A stretch of DNA of 64,000 nucleotides from Thermodesulfobacteriota bacterium. Its GTDB lineage: Bacteria; Desulfobacterota; Desulfobacteria; Desulfobacterales; SURF-7. The DNA is taken from contig JBMORA010000042.1 of the NCBI GenBank assembly GCA_049320885.1, positions 1-64,000 of the forward strand. The letters are read 5' to 3'. Numbering within the stretch: position 1 is the first letter of the stretch; each line of letters begins with the position of its first letter. Both the position numbers and the translations under genes were made by a program. This document shows, one piece after another, positions 38,856 through 49,298 of the stretch. Under the pieces are notes generated by a model. It was not told where the DNA came from. It made no database searches and worked only from the letters and a program-made list of their open reading frames with translations.

Positions 38856-40055
38856 ATGCTCACGGAAAAACAACTCGACCGCTATGCCGATGTATTGCTG
38901 TGGGGCCTCGAAACCGCGCGCACCGGCGGCACCAAACCAAACGACCTGGTGCTGATCCGTTATGACCTGCCCGCCGTCCGCCTGGCGGAAATCCTTCAGG
39001 CGAAACTGTACCGGATGAAACGGAATGTGGTCTTGCGGGCGACCTATACGCCGGAAATGGAAAAAAACCTTTACACCCTCTGCGACGACACCCAGCTGAC
39101 GTTCCGGATGCCGGGAGACGACGCCCTCTACAAGGCCCTGAACGGCAGTATTTTTTTGCATGCCCCCGCATCCATTACCCATTTAAGCGACGTGGACCCG
39201 AAAAGAATCGGCCGGGCAGCTATTGCCCGGAAATATCTGAAGGACATCCTCGACCGACGCGATGAGGCCGGCGATTTCAGCTGGACCCTGTGCATCGTAC
39301 CCACGGAAGCCCTGGCCGAGCATGCCGGTCTCGATTCCGCTGCTTACACCCATCAGGTCGTCAAGGCCTGTTTCCTCGGCGCCAGTGACCCGCTGGAACG
39401 CTGGCGGGGAATCTACGACAAGGCCCAGACCATCAAAAAATGGCTGAACAGCCTTGCCGTCAAGCATTTCCATATCGAATCCGCGGGCACGGACCTGGAA
39501 ATCACACCCGGCGAAAATCGCCGCTGGATCGGGATTTCGGGCCATAATATCCCGAGTTTCGAGCTGTTTCTTTCACCGGACTGGCGGGGGACACGGGGAT
39601 ACTATTATGCGGATCAGCCTTCATTTCGCAGCGGCAATTACGTGAAAGGGTTGCGGCTGGAATTCAAAAACGGCAGGGCCCTGCAAATCCGGGCCGAAGC
39701 CGGCGAAATATTCGCGCGCCGGCAACTGGAAATGGACCCGGGCGCCAATCGCATAGGAGAGTTCTCCCTGACGGACAAGCGGTTTTCCCGAATCGACCGT
39801 TTCATGGCCAATACCCTCTACGACGAAAATTACGGCGGCAAGTTCGGCAACTGCCATATCGCCCTGGGTTCTTCCTATTCCGATACCTTTGCCGGCAATC
39901 CCGCGACATTGACCAAAGGAATGAAAAAGAAGCTGGGATTCAATGATTCGGCCCTTCATTGGGACGTGGTCAACACAGAGAAGAAGCGGGTCAGCGCTCA
40001 TCTGAAAACCGGTGAGACGCTGACGATATACGAAAACGGCCTCTTCTCCATTTGA
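38856..40055 (+). CDS. Aminopeptidase (M29 / AmpS-like)
   Basis: HNIPSFELF, GANRIGEF, NTLYDEN, HIALGSSY, NDSALHWD. Confidence 0.92.
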   Translation: MLTEKQLDRYADVLLWGLETARTGGTKPNDLVLIRYDLPAVRLAEILQAKLYRMKRNVVLRATYTPEMEKNLYTLCDDTQLTFRMPGDDALYKALNGSIFLHAPASITHLSDVDPKRIGRAAIARKYLKDILDRRDEAGDFSWTLCIVPTEALAEHAGLDSAAYTHQVVKACFLGASDPLERWRGIYDKAQTIKKWLNSLAVKHFHIESAGTDLEITPGENRRWIGISGHNIPSFELFLSPDWRGTRGYYYADQPSFRSGNYVKGLRLEFKNGRALQIRAEAGEIFARRQLEMDPGANRIGEFSLTDKRFSRIDRFMANTLYDENYGGKFGNCHIALGSSYSDTFAGNPATLTKGMKKKLGFNDSALHWDVVNTEKKRVSAHLKTGETLTIYENGLFSI

Positions 40056-40070
40056 TCGGCCGGGGGGCCG

Positions 40071-41282
40071 CTATGGCGGGGGAACGGACGCCCTGTAAAG
40101 AACCGCGCGGCCCCGGATGGAATAGGTGCTGACAACGGCCGGGACAAACACCGCGGCGCCTTTTGACATGCCAAGCGGCGGTTTCCGGTCGTCTTCCCGT
40201 ATCTCCGCCGCTCCCTCGATGCACAGCAGGATTTCAGCACTGCCCCCTGCTCCGCTCAAATACGGAAGTCCTTCGCGGACGGTAATCACCGAAAGGGAGA
40301 ATTCCACTGACGGAGTGGGATAGATCTTCTCCGTTTCCGATACCCTTTCCGGCAGCAGCAATTCCAGGGGGTGTTCTCCGAAATGAAGCGTTTTCATCAG
40401 TTCCGGCACGTCGATATGCTTGGGAGTCAGTCCGCCGCGCAGGACATTATCGGAATTGGCCATGATTTCCATGGCCGTCCCCCGAAGATAGGCGTGCAAT
40501 CGTCCCGCGGGGAGGAACAGGGCCTGCCCGGGCTGCAAACAAGTCAGGTTCAGCAGGAACGGCGCAAATACGCCCATATCATCCGGATACTTCTCGTGAA
40601 GCTTCAGCATCCATTCGTACGCCGGATTTCCGGATGCCAGCTTTCCCGCCTTTTCCACGGCCCCGGCGATGGCCGGTCGTCGTTCCCCGGGGGTCATGGA
40701 CAGCAGGCCCCGGCAGAATTCCCGCAGACCGGATTCGCCCGGTTGTTGCTCCAGGCGACCGAGGCTTGCGTTGATTTCCGCCGCGGCAACCGGAACAAAT
40801 AAGTCCAGGATTTCCGGTATGGGCCTGAATCCGCACAGAACCCAAAACGGCGTCAGGGCGCAGATACATTCCGGCTTGTGATGATCGTCCTTATAGTTAC
40901 GATGGGGCGAATCCAGGGGGATTTCTTCCCGGTTCTCACGTTCAAAACCCAGCCGGGCCTGGACACGGTTGGGATGGGCCTGAATGGACAATGGTTGTTC
41001 CACGGCCAGGACCTTGAAGAGATAGGGCAATTGCTGTGAAAAGCGGGCGGCCGTCTCCGGTCCAAGGAAAGTGACCGGATCCCCGGCGATCAGTTCGTTC
41101 AATTTCCGGCGGCTGCCGTCCGGGAGAATCACCTCGGAAGGCGCTTTGGGATGGGCGCCCATCCAAAGTTCCGCCTGGGGTCCGGGCGAAGGGACCGGCC
41201 CGCCCAACAGCTCCGCCAGGGCGGTCCGCGAACCCCAGGCATAGGGTTGGATCGGATTTTCCAGGAAAAGGATGCGCCGCAT
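40071..41282 (-). CDS. manA: Mannose-6-phosphate isomerase, class I
   Basis: YAWGS, AELWMGAHP, LSIQAHP, NYKDDHHKPE, HAYL.G..MEIMANSDNVLRGGLTPKHID. Confidence 0.96.
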   Translation of the reverse strand: MRRILFLENPIQPYAWGSRTALAELLGGPVPSPGPQAELWMGAHPKAPSEVILPDGSRRKLNELIAGDPVTFLGPETAARFSQQLPYLFKVLAVEQPLSIQAHPNRVQARLGFERENREEIPLDSPHRNYKDDHHKPECICALTPFWVLCGFRPIPEILDLFVPVAAAEINASLGRLEQQPGESGLREFCRGLLSMTPGERRPAIAGAVEKAGKLASGNPAYEWMLKLHEKYPDDMGVFAPFLLNLTCLQPGQALFLPAGRLHAYLRGTAMEIMANSDNVLRGGLTPKHIDVPELMKTLHFGEHPLELLLPERVSETEKIYPTPSVEFSLSVITVREGLPYLSGAGGSAEILLCIEGAAEIREDDRKPPLGMSKGAAVFVPAVVSTYSIRGRAVLYRASVPPP

Positions 41283-41564
41283 GAAATATCTTTTAGCCGG
41301 TTTTCTCGCCGTTGACAACCGGGAAACGACGGCCTTCCTTATCCGGCGGCTGGTGCTGGCCGGGTCTCATGGCGCCGGAAGTGCCGGTCGGCCTGACAAT
41401 CAAATCTTCCTGAACCATTTCAGTTTGTTCAGCTGTAAAATGAGACTTGCTTTTTCCCTGAAAAAGAATATGGTACATCTTTACATTACCCATACGAGAT
41501 GTTCCCGTATTACATATTTCTAAAATTTTTTTAAACTATATCAAACCATTAAAGGAGGCTACAC

Positions 41565-42899
41565 ATGAACGAAATGAGATCTCGCTGGATTGTCGCCCTG
41601 ACCGGTGCCATCCTGCTGGCCGCCGGTTGCGCCGCCCAGCAAAAAACCAGTTTGCCGGATTTCACCGCCCAGCCCATCAATACGGCCAAATATGAACCCA
41701 AGGTGGACAATTTGCTGGTGGTGCTGGACGCCTCGTCCTCCATGGAAGACGGCTACCAGGGAAACATCAAGTATGAATGGGCCAAGGGCATTCTGAACCG
41801 TTTCAACGCCACCCTGCCCAAGGACATGAACCTTCAGACCGCCTTGACCACCTTCGGACATCGTACCCAGGTGAGTCATAAAACGGTTTTGAGCCAACAG
41901 GAGCTGGGTAAATACGATCAAAAGAAATTCCAGGAAGCTCTGGATAAGCTGCCGGCGGCGGGCGGCTCCAGCCCCATGAGCCAGTCCTTTTCCGGGATGA
42001 AACCCGTCAGCGGGAAGTCCGCCCTGCTGATCATCAGCGACGGCGAAGTTCTGGCGCCCCAAGCCTTGGCGGCCTTGAAAAAAGTGACGGATGAATACAA
42101 AGACCGCTTGTGCGTATACACGGTTCAGGTCGGCGACTCCCCGGCCGGAAAGGCAACCCTGGAGCAGATGGTCAAAGACGGCGCCTGCGGCAAATCCGTC
42201 CAGGCCAAGGATATCGCCTCCGGAACCGCCATGAACAGCTTTGCCACCACCGTCCTGTTCGATGAGCTGAAGGACAGCGACGGCGACGGCGTGGTGGACG
42301 AGGAAGACCGCTGCCCGAACACCCCCAAGGGAGTGAAAGTCGATTCCGTGGGCTGCCCCCTGGACAGCGACGGTGACGGTGTTTACGACTACCTGGATCA
42401 ATGCCCGGATACCCCCCGCGGCATGAAAGTCGATTCCGTGGGCTGCCCCCTGGACAGCGACGGTGACGGCGTGATCGATGAAAAGGACAAATGCCCCGGC
42501 ACGCCCAAGGGTGTCGTGGTCGACAAGAATGGTTGTCCCATTGCCACGCTCACGGCAAAGGGGACCTATATCGTCAAGGGCATTCAGTTCGATTCGGCCA
42601 AATGGTCTTTCAAACCCTCATCCTATGAAGTGATGGATCAGATCGTTACGGTTTTTGAAACCCATCCCGATGTGAAGTTTGAAATTCAGGGTCACACGGA
42701 CAATCGCGGCAGCGCCGCTTACAATCTGAATCTTTCGGAAAAACGCGCCAATGCGGTAAAGGAATACCTGATCGGCAAAGGCGTGCCAGCCGACAGAATC
42801 ACGGCGAAAGGATACGGGCTCACCATGCCGGTTGCATCCAACGATACGGAAGACGGCCGGGCCGCCAATCGCAGGGTGGAATTCAAACCCATCAAATAA
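41565..42899 (+). CDS. OmpA-family lipoprotein with VWA domain and thrombospondin type-3-like repeats
   Basis: Lipobox LAAGC; VLDASSSM MIDAS; DSDGDGV...D.CP.TP.G..VD..GCP repeats; IQGHTD, LSEKRA, NRRVE. Confidence 0.92.
   Translation: MNEMRSRWIVALTGAILLAAGCAAQQKTSLPDFTAQPINTAKYEPKVDNLLVVLDASSSMEDGYQGNIKYEWAKGILNRFNATLPKDMNLQTALTTFGHRTQVSHKTVLSQQELGKYDQKKFQEALDKLPAAGGSSPMSQSFSGMKPVSGKSALLIISDGEVLAPQALAALKKVTDEYKDRLCVYTVQVGDSPAGKATLEQMVKDGACGKSVQAKDIASGTAMNSFATTVLFDELKDSDGDGVVDEEDRCPNTPKGVKVDSVGCPLDSDGDGVYDYLDQCPDTPRGMKVDSVGCPLDSDGDGVIDEKDKCPGTPKGVVVDKNGCPIATLTAKGTYIVKGIQFDSAKWSFKPSSYEVMDQIVTVFETHPDVKFEIQGHTDNRGSAAYNLNLSEKRANAVKEYLIGKGVPADRITAKGYGLTMPVASNDTEDGRAANRRVEFKPIK
42334..42469 (+). 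repeat. Exact 46-bp direct repeat at 90-bp period within the TSP3-like region
   Basis: 42334-42379 is identical to 42424-42469. Confidence 0.85.
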
Positions 42900-42920
42900 T
42901 TCCCGCTCGGTAAAACACAG

Positions 42921-42964
42921 GGGCCGCATTCAGGGTGTAACCGCATCCTGAATGCGGCCCTTTT
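42921..42964 (+). terminator. Rho-independent terminator after the ompA-like gene
   Basis: GGGCCGCATTCAGG...CCTGAATGCGGCCC followed by TTTT. Confidence 0.85.
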
Positions 42965-43179
42965 CATCGTCGCCGCATAAACCCATCCAATCCGATAGCG
43001 ATCAACGCATCGTCGCTGCCCGACTTTTCTGTAACTTTACATCAGACGCCGGATATGATAGCGTAAAAATCGACGCTACCGGCTGTAGAATCCAACAGCA
43101 CCAGACCGTTTCATTCCCGTGAAAAATCGACCCAATCGGTTTTATTGGCCGCATGATTCAAACACATGGCGGAGTCGAC

Positions 43180-44685
43180 ATGCAATTCGATTATCTCACC
43201 AGCAAATGCAACTGGTTCTGCCTGACAGCCCTCCTGCTCTGCCTGTCGCCGACCGCCGTTCCGCATGCCGGGGAAATGGGGGCGGCCTACTATGATTTCG
43301 GCGTCTTCGCTTTCGAGGAGAACGATTTTTCGGATGCAGAGCGGAATTTTCAAAAAGCCCTGGCTGCCGATCCCCGGAATGTCAGCTACCGGTATTATCT
43401 GGGCAAAACCTATCTGAAAATGAAACGGTATGAAAAAGCCGAAGCCATACTGAATGAAGTCTTTCGGGAAAATGCTGACCTGAAAGGGCTGAAATACGAT
43501 TTGGCCATGGCCAATTTTCATCTCGGCGATCTGGCCGAGGCCAGTTTTCTGCTTTCCATCGTCGTTGCGGAAAATCCCGCCGACGTTCTCGCGACGTATC
43601 ATCTCGCCGTTTGTCAGTACAAACGGAAACGCTATCGGGACGCCCTGGAATACTTCAACCGCGCGGCTGAAAAAAACCCCGGCATCGGACCGAACTGCTC
43701 CCTGTATGCCGGAATCTGTCATTACCGGCTGGGAGAACTGGAACAGGCTGTCCGGGAATTCGATGCCGCCGCGGTCCATGAAAAACCGGAAGAAATCCGG
43801 CAACAGGCGCGTCAATGGCGCAACGCCGTTCAGGCGGATATCAACGCCCAAAGGCCCTACCGGCTGTTCTGCAAGCTCGGGGGGCTGTATGACGATAATG
43901 TGTCGCTGCAACCCGTCGATGGGGATCTGGCTACCAATGAAGAGGACTGGGGACTCATCGGTTTTCTGTCCGGCAGCTATCGTCTGCTGGGTGACAACCG
44001 CAACGGTCTTGGAATGGGATATCGGCATTATCAGATCGCCTACCGGGAATTGTCCGACTATAACCTCATTTCCTCGGCCCCGCATCTGTTCGCTTCCGTT
44101 TCCTGGGAACGCCTGGCTTTCATCCTTTCCTATCAACCGACATTCTTCTGGGTGGGTTCGGACGAATACCTGCTCCGCCATCACGGCCGACAGGAAATCG
44201 CCTGGACAATGACGCCCCGTATCACCAGTCGTTTCGCCTTCAACTATTACGGAAACAATTACCTGATCAATTCCGGCAGAAGCGGGCGGACTCTGGGAGT
44301 GGAGGCCGAACTCCGCTATCGTTTCGGCAATGACGCTCCGGCGGTTTTCGGCGGGTTTTCCTGCGAGGAAAATGACACCACCCATCCGGATTACGCCTAC
44401 AAGCTGGGGGAAGCGCGGCTGGGCGCTTCCATGCCGATGCCCCTGGGCTTGCTGGTCACGGCAGGCGGACGATTTGCCCGTAAGCGATATGAGCATGTGG
44501 ACTCGGTATATGGTGACAGAAGGGAGGACGACAAATACGCCATCGAACTGACGGTTGGACGGAATCTATACCGCGATTGGCTGGGAGCGGAGTGCTCCTA
44601 TTACTTCACCCATAACGACTCCGACATCGAACCGTATGATTACCGGTCCAATGTAATCCATCTGACGGTTGTTGCGAATTTCTAG
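43180..44685 (+). CDS. TPR-repeat protein with C-terminal outer-membrane beta-barrel
   Basis: Signal peptide, several TPRs, GGLYDDNV barrel start, alternating aromatic strands and terminal Phe. Confidence 0.8.
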   Translation: MQFDYLTSKCNWFCLTALLLCLSPTAVPHAGEMGAAYYDFGVFAFEENDFSDAERNFQKALAADPRNVSYRYYLGKTYLKMKRYEKAEAILNEVFRENADLKGLKYDLAMANFHLGDLAEASFLLSIVVAENPADVLATYHLAVCQYKRKRYRDALEYFNRAAEKNPGIGPNCSLYAGICHYRLGELEQAVREFDAAAVHEKPEEIRQQARQWRNAVQADINAQRPYRLFCKLGGLYDDNVSLQPVDGDLATNEEDWGLIGFLSGSYRLLGDNRNGLGMGYRHYQIAYRELSDYNLISSAPHLFASVSWERLAFILSYQPTFFWVGSDEYLLRHHGRQEIAWTMTPRITSRFAFNYYGNNYLINSGRSGRTLGVEAELRYRFGNDAPAVFGGFSCEENDTTHPDYAYKLGEARLGASMPMPLGLLVTAGGRFARKRYEHVDSVYGDRREDDKYAIELTVGRNLYRDWLGAECSYYFTHNDSDIEPYDYRSNVIHLTVVANF

Positions 44686-44703
44686 ACAAGGCAGGGCCTC
44701 ACC

Positions 44704-45756
44704 ATGCGCGTGGTAAAAATTTCAGCAGTCGTTGCCATCTGTGCAGTGCTTCTGACAGGACTGGATCGGGTCGCGGCTTCCGCTCCACCCCCGGATTTGC
44801 CGGTGGAAGATATTTTCGCTCCGGGATTCGGCGAACCTGTCGGAAACGTGCTCCTGGTGCAGGGGAAGGTCTATATCGTTCATGGGGGGATGAAGGCGGC
44901 CTATTCCATTTCAAAGCCGGTGCCGGTTTTCAAGGGCGATACCATCTATACGGACACTGGGGGGCGCATCCGCTTCCGCCTGAATGACGGCAGCATCATC
45001 GCCCTCTCCGCCGACACGGAATTGACCTTGACCAGAAGCATATACAACCCGGAACGGCGGGAACGCTCTTCCTTCCTGAAAATGATGGTTGGTCGGGCGA
45101 GATTTTACGTCATGAAACTGATGACCTATCGCGAGAACGCCTTCAAGGTGAAAACCAACACCTTTGTGGCCGGTGTGCGCGGGTCGGATTTCATCATCAC
45201 CGCCACATCCGCTTCCGCCTCCGTCACGGCGCTGGAGGACACCACCCTTGAAATCGTCAGTCTGTCGGCCCCCGAAGCCGCCCCTGTGGTGTTGACCGAT
45301 TTCCTCCGGACATCCGTTGACCTGGGAGCACTTCCCGGCCTCCCGGAAAAACTGGAAATAGAGGAAATCGAGGCTTTGAAGGAAGGGTTGTCACTGGATG
45401 GACATGTTTCCCGGGAGCCGGCCTCCGGAGTGAATAAACCGGAAAAGGGCGTTTCCCCGTCCGGCGAACAAGCCGGCAACAAAACTGAAAAAACTGGAAC
45501 CGCCGGCGGGGATGAAACCATTCCGGCGGCCCGGGAGGCCGCCGTAGTGATCCCGCCGGAAGACCTGCTCGTTCCCGAAGGTGTGCAGAACGGCCTGCCT
45601 CCGGAGGAACTTCCGGCTACCGAACCGGACAGAAGGGCTCTGACCGGCGACATGGATGAGGTCGAGGGTGAAATCAAGACGATCATGGCCGATAAGCGCG
45701 AGGACGATTCCGGCCGGCTTGCCGAACTCCCCCCCATGCCGGAGCCACCCCGGTGA
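44704..45756 (+). CDS. FecR-domain secreted protein with acidic/Pro-rich tail
   Basis: GDTIYT..GGRIRFRLNDGS.IAL...T.L, FKVKTNTFVAGVRGSDF. Confidence 0.85.
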   Translation: MRVVKISAVVAICAVLLTGLDRVAASAPPPDLPVEDIFAPGFGEPVGNVLLVQGKVYIVHGGMKAAYSISKPVPVFKGDTIYTDTGGRIRFRLNDGSIIALSADTELTLTRSIYNPERRERSSFLKMMVGRARFYVMKLMTYRENAFKVKTNTFVAGVRGSDFIITATSASASVTALEDTTLEIVSLSAPEAAPVVLTDFLRTSVDLGALPGLPEKLEIEEIEALKEGLSLDGHVSREPASGVNKPEKGVSPSGEQAGNKTEKTGTAGGDETIPAAREAAVVIPPEDLLVPEGVQNGLPPEELPATEPDRRALTGDMDEVEGEIKTIMADKREDDSGRLAELPPMPEPPR

Positions 45757-45809
45757 CAACCGGTGTAGAACAAAAGAGCAGGAAACCGACAAATCATCAT
45801 GAGGACCCA

Positions 45810-48800
45810 ATGATCTCGATATCATTTCGTCAGATAGGGGCCGTCATCATCCCGGCGATCTTCTGCCTGGCCGCGGTGACGGGGATCCCCGCGGCCCGGG
45901 CAGCCGATTATTATGTGAACATCACCAGCGGAACAGATTCCTCCGGCGGCGGCTCCGCCGCCGCTCCCTGGAAAACCCTGCATTATGCCGTTCCCAGACT
46001 GACATCTTCGGACATCCTGCACGTGGCCTCCGGGTTCTACACCATCGCCAACGGCGAGACCGACGGGCCCATCGAAATCACCGCCGGCAATGTCACCATC
46101 CAGGCCGATGGCCCGGGAGTGGTGATCGAGGGCGACGGCGCCGCCTACTGGGTGGAAGGGTTGACTGTCAGCGGGGCCGCCAATGTCCGCATAACCGGAT
46201 TGAATTTTCTGAATTTCGCCAATGCCGCCGCTTCTTTCCAGCACCTGACAGGGATGTGCATCCTATCCGACTGTACCTTGAAAGGCAATGCCACCGGCAT
46301 CCAGGTGACCAATTCAAGTCCCGTCATCACCCGCAACCGACTTTTCGACAACGGCTACAGCATTTACATCATCGCGGATTCACCCACGGGACCGGCCTCA
46401 CCCGAGATTTCGAACAACCTCATCGCTTCCCGGGCAGGCGGCATGCAGTACGGCATTAAAATCGAAGCGACCGTCACCGATGCCGTGGCCTCCCCCCTCA
46501 TCTATCACAACACCATCGACGGCGCCTCCGCCGACGGTATGTATATTTACAATGGGTTGGGAGCGACGGCGGAGGCGGTGACCCCCGACATCCGCTTCAA
46601 CATCGTCACCAATTGTTCCCAATTCGGCATCAACAACATTGAAGGGACCCCCTCCCAATTCGATTACAACGATGTCTGGAACAACAGCGGCGGCAATTAC
46701 ACGGGCATCACCGCCGGGACCAGCGATATCTCGGACAATCCTCTCTATCTGCCGCATGGCGACCAATACTACCTTCAATCCACCTCGCCCTGCATCAACA
46801 GGATCCCCATTGCCGGTCACCCGGTAAGCGCCGATCTCCGCGGGAAAGCAAGGCCCCAGGGCTCCCTGATTGACCTGGGATGCTTCGAAATCGTCGAACC
46901 GTTCATTCTGCCGGGCGTCTATTATGTGGATGTCGTCAACGGCCGCAACGAACCGTCCGCAGGGACCGCACCCGGAACCGGCGCGTTCCGTAACCTGCAT
47001 TTTGCCCTGGACCGCATCAATTACGGGGATCCGGGCGCTTTCACCCTGGAAGTGGCCCCCGGAATATACGGCATCGCCGGCGGGGAGGAAGACGCCGGTC
47101 TGGAGGTGATCACCGGCAGCCTGATCATCAAGGGGACGCCCTCCCTGGGAGCCGTGGTCGACGGCAGCGGCGCCCTTCAGTGGACAAGCGGTATGACGCT
47201 GAAGACTTCGGGCATCGGAATCTCCGGACTGCGGTTCCAACATTTCAGCAGGGCCGGAATAACGGTGGATAACTGCGGCCCCTCCATCCACCACAATGAT
47301 TTCCTCAACAACCATACCGGCATCCTGGTGGACAGTTATTCGGCCGAATCCGCCCCATCCGTCATCAACAACCTGCTCCGGGGAGATACCGCAAGCGGAA
47401 TGAACAACGGCATTGTCCTGTATGCGGCCGGTTCGTCGGCATCGGCCGGCGGCTCCATCTATTTCAATACCATCAACGGCGGGGCCGGAAGCGGCATCTT
47501 CATCGGCAACAACGGCGGGAGCGCCGCCCCTGAAATTAAATACAATATAATCTCTAATTTCGGAAAATACGGGATTCAAAATACCAACGGCGGCCCGATC
47601 CTTTCTTATAACAATCTGTTCAACAACCTGGCTGCCGATTATCTGGATGTGCCCCCGGGAGAAATGGATATTTCTGCATCCCCGGCCTTCATAAGCGCAA
47701 CCGACTTTCACCTGCAGGTCGGCTCGGCCTGCATCGATCGCATACCGGCTGACAGCGTTTTCCCGTCGGATCTGCTCTCCGTCATCGGCTATGACCTGGA
47801 CGGGAACCCCCGTCCGATGCCCTCTGGCGGCAGTTACGACCTGGGCGCCTATGAGCAGGCGGGTTCCGCCCTGACCATCGGTCTGGCCGTTTACCCCGAA
47901 GGCGCCGGTAGTGTCGTCGACAATCTGTCACAAATCGACTGCCCCGGAGACTGCACCGGTTCCTACTCTTCATCGGACACCATCATCCTTCAGGCGACGG
48001 CCAATGCCGGCTTCCGTTTCGACCATTGGGAAATCGGCGCCGAGTTCCATACCGAGAATCCGGTGTCCTTCACGCCCCATGCAAGTCAGACCGGCAAAGC
48101 GGTTTTCGCGGCCCTTACCAATCAGCCGCCGATCGCACCCGCCGGAATCAGTCCCCGGGACGGCGCATCTTTTGACGGTGCAACGACACAGGTAGCTCTC
48201 CTTTCCAGTGTTTACGCCGATCCGGAAAACGACGGCCACGCAAACACCCACTGGCTGGTACGCCGTCAGGACCGTGGTGTTTATTATTGCGACGATTACG
48301 ATGTTTCCTTCACCCGGACAGCCTCCGCGGAGCCGGAGCTTACTTCCCACGAAGTCAGCGGGCTAGAGTCCGGCATGCAGTATGTCTGGAAGGTGGGGTA
48401 TCAGGACACCGGCAGCGGACAGATCGCCTGGTCACCGGAATATGTCTTCACCATCGGCGATCCGAGCGTGGACCGGGAAGTCAATTCCCCCGGGGGGGCC
48501 CTGCCGCAGGATTATCGGATGGTTTCCTTTCCGGTCTGGCCTTCTCATGCGGACTGTTCCACCGCTTTCCGCGACAGCTTCCCGGACGGGCTGTACGACC
48601 CCCGGACCATCCGCCTGGGGATCTACGATCCGCTTCAGAGTCGGTATCTGGAATGCCCCGACAACCTGGTGGTGACACCCGGAAAAGCCTACTGGCTCAT
48701 ATCCCGGGAAGGGCTGGACATGACCCTGCACGGCATCCCCGCGACCCTCACCCTTGACATGGAAATACCGCTCTCCTACGCCGAGGAGACCCGGGACGGC

Positions 48801-49280
48801 TGGAACATGGTGGCCTGTCCGAATTTCGCGGCCTACGAATGGTCCCGGTTGGAAATCCTGGAGTCCGACGGCGCCGGCGGTGTGTTGTATGGTCCCGCCG
48901 CCATCGAAACCCTTGGGAGCGACAATGCCTACATCGATATCCGTTTATGGAGTTGGGAAAATGGGGCTTACGCCAGCACCACAACCCAGTTGCGTCCTCA
49001 CCAAGGATATTGGGTCAAGGCCAGAAAAGCCAACCTTTATCTGAAATTCCCCGCATCCGCCCGGTTGAGCCCCACGGACGTATCCGCAGCTTCCATGGCG
49101 CCGGTCGGCAATACAAACCAGCCCTCCCGAAAGGCTGTTCAGGAAAACAATGACAATGAGGAGGACGATGATGATGACTCGCCTCCGCCCCCCATGGAAT
49201 CGGGTTTTTACTTCAAAAGCGACGGCCTGGCGGCCGCCGGCTCCTGTTTCATAGGCGCCTTGAACGGAAATCGCGACTGA
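45810..49280 (+). CDS. Large secreted/surface protein with two parallel beta-helix modules and a C-terminal GSCFI sorting-like tail
   Basis: Signal peptide; YYVN...G.D...G....PWKTL and YYVD...F.NLHFA openers; Asn-rich helical turns; LQ..S.CI..., D..G..RP.G...DLG..E modules; tail DSPPPPM...GSCFIGAL. Confidence 0.85.
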   Translation: MISISFRQIGAVIIPAIFCLAAVTGIPAARAADYYVNITSGTDSSGGGSAAAPWKTLHYAVPRLTSSDILHVASGFYTIANGETDGPIEITAGNVTIQADGPGVVIEGDGAAYWVEGLTVSGAANVRITGLNFLNFANAAASFQHLTGMCILSDCTLKGNATGIQVTNSSPVITRNRLFDNGYSIYIIADSPTGPASPEISNNLIASRAGGMQYGIKIEATVTDAVASPLIYHNTIDGASADGMYIYNGLGATAEAVTPDIRFNIVTNCSQFGINNIEGTPSQFDYNDVWNNSGGNYTGITAGTSDISDNPLYLPHGDQYYLQSTSPCINRIPIAGHPVSADLRGKARPQGSLIDLGCFEIVEPFILPGVYYVDVVNGRNEPSAGTAPGTGAFRNLHFALDRINYGDPGAFTLEVAPGIYGIAGGEEDAGLEVITGSLIIKGTPSLGAVVDGSGALQWTSGMTLKTSGIGISGLRFQHFSRAGITVDNCGPSIHHNDFLNNHTGILVDSYSAESAPSVINNLLRGDTASGMNNGIVLYAAGSSASAGGSIYFNTINGGAGSGIFIGNNGGSAAPEIKYNIISNFGKYGIQNTNGGPILSYNNLFNNLAADYLDVPPGEMDISASPAFISATDFHLQVGSACIDRIPADSVFPSDLLSVIGYDLDGNPRPMPSGGSYDLGAYEQAGSALTIGLAVYPEGAGSVVDNLSQIDCPGDCTGSYSSSDTIILQATANAGFRFDHWEIGAEFHTENPVSFTPHASQTGKAVFAALTNQPPIAPAGISPRDGASFDGATTQVALLSSVYADPENDGHANTHWLVRRQDRGVYYCDDYDVSFTRTASAEPELTSHEVSGLESGMQYVWKVGYQDTGSGQIAWSPEYVFTIGDPSVDREVNSPGGALPQDYRMVSFPVWPSHADCSTAFRDSFPDGLYDPRTIRLGIYDPLQSRYLECPDNLVVTPGKAYWLISREGLDMTLHGIPATLTLDMEIPLSYAEETRDGWNMVACPNFAAYEWSRLEILESDGAGGVLYGPAAIETLGSDNAYIDIRLWSWENGAYASTTTQLRPHQGYWVKARKANLYLKFPASARLSPTDVSAASMAPVGNTNQPSRKAVQENNDNEEDDDDDSPPPPMESGFYFKSDGLAAAGSCFIGALNGNRD

Positions 49281-49298
49281 CCGAAGAAGGGCTGTCCC

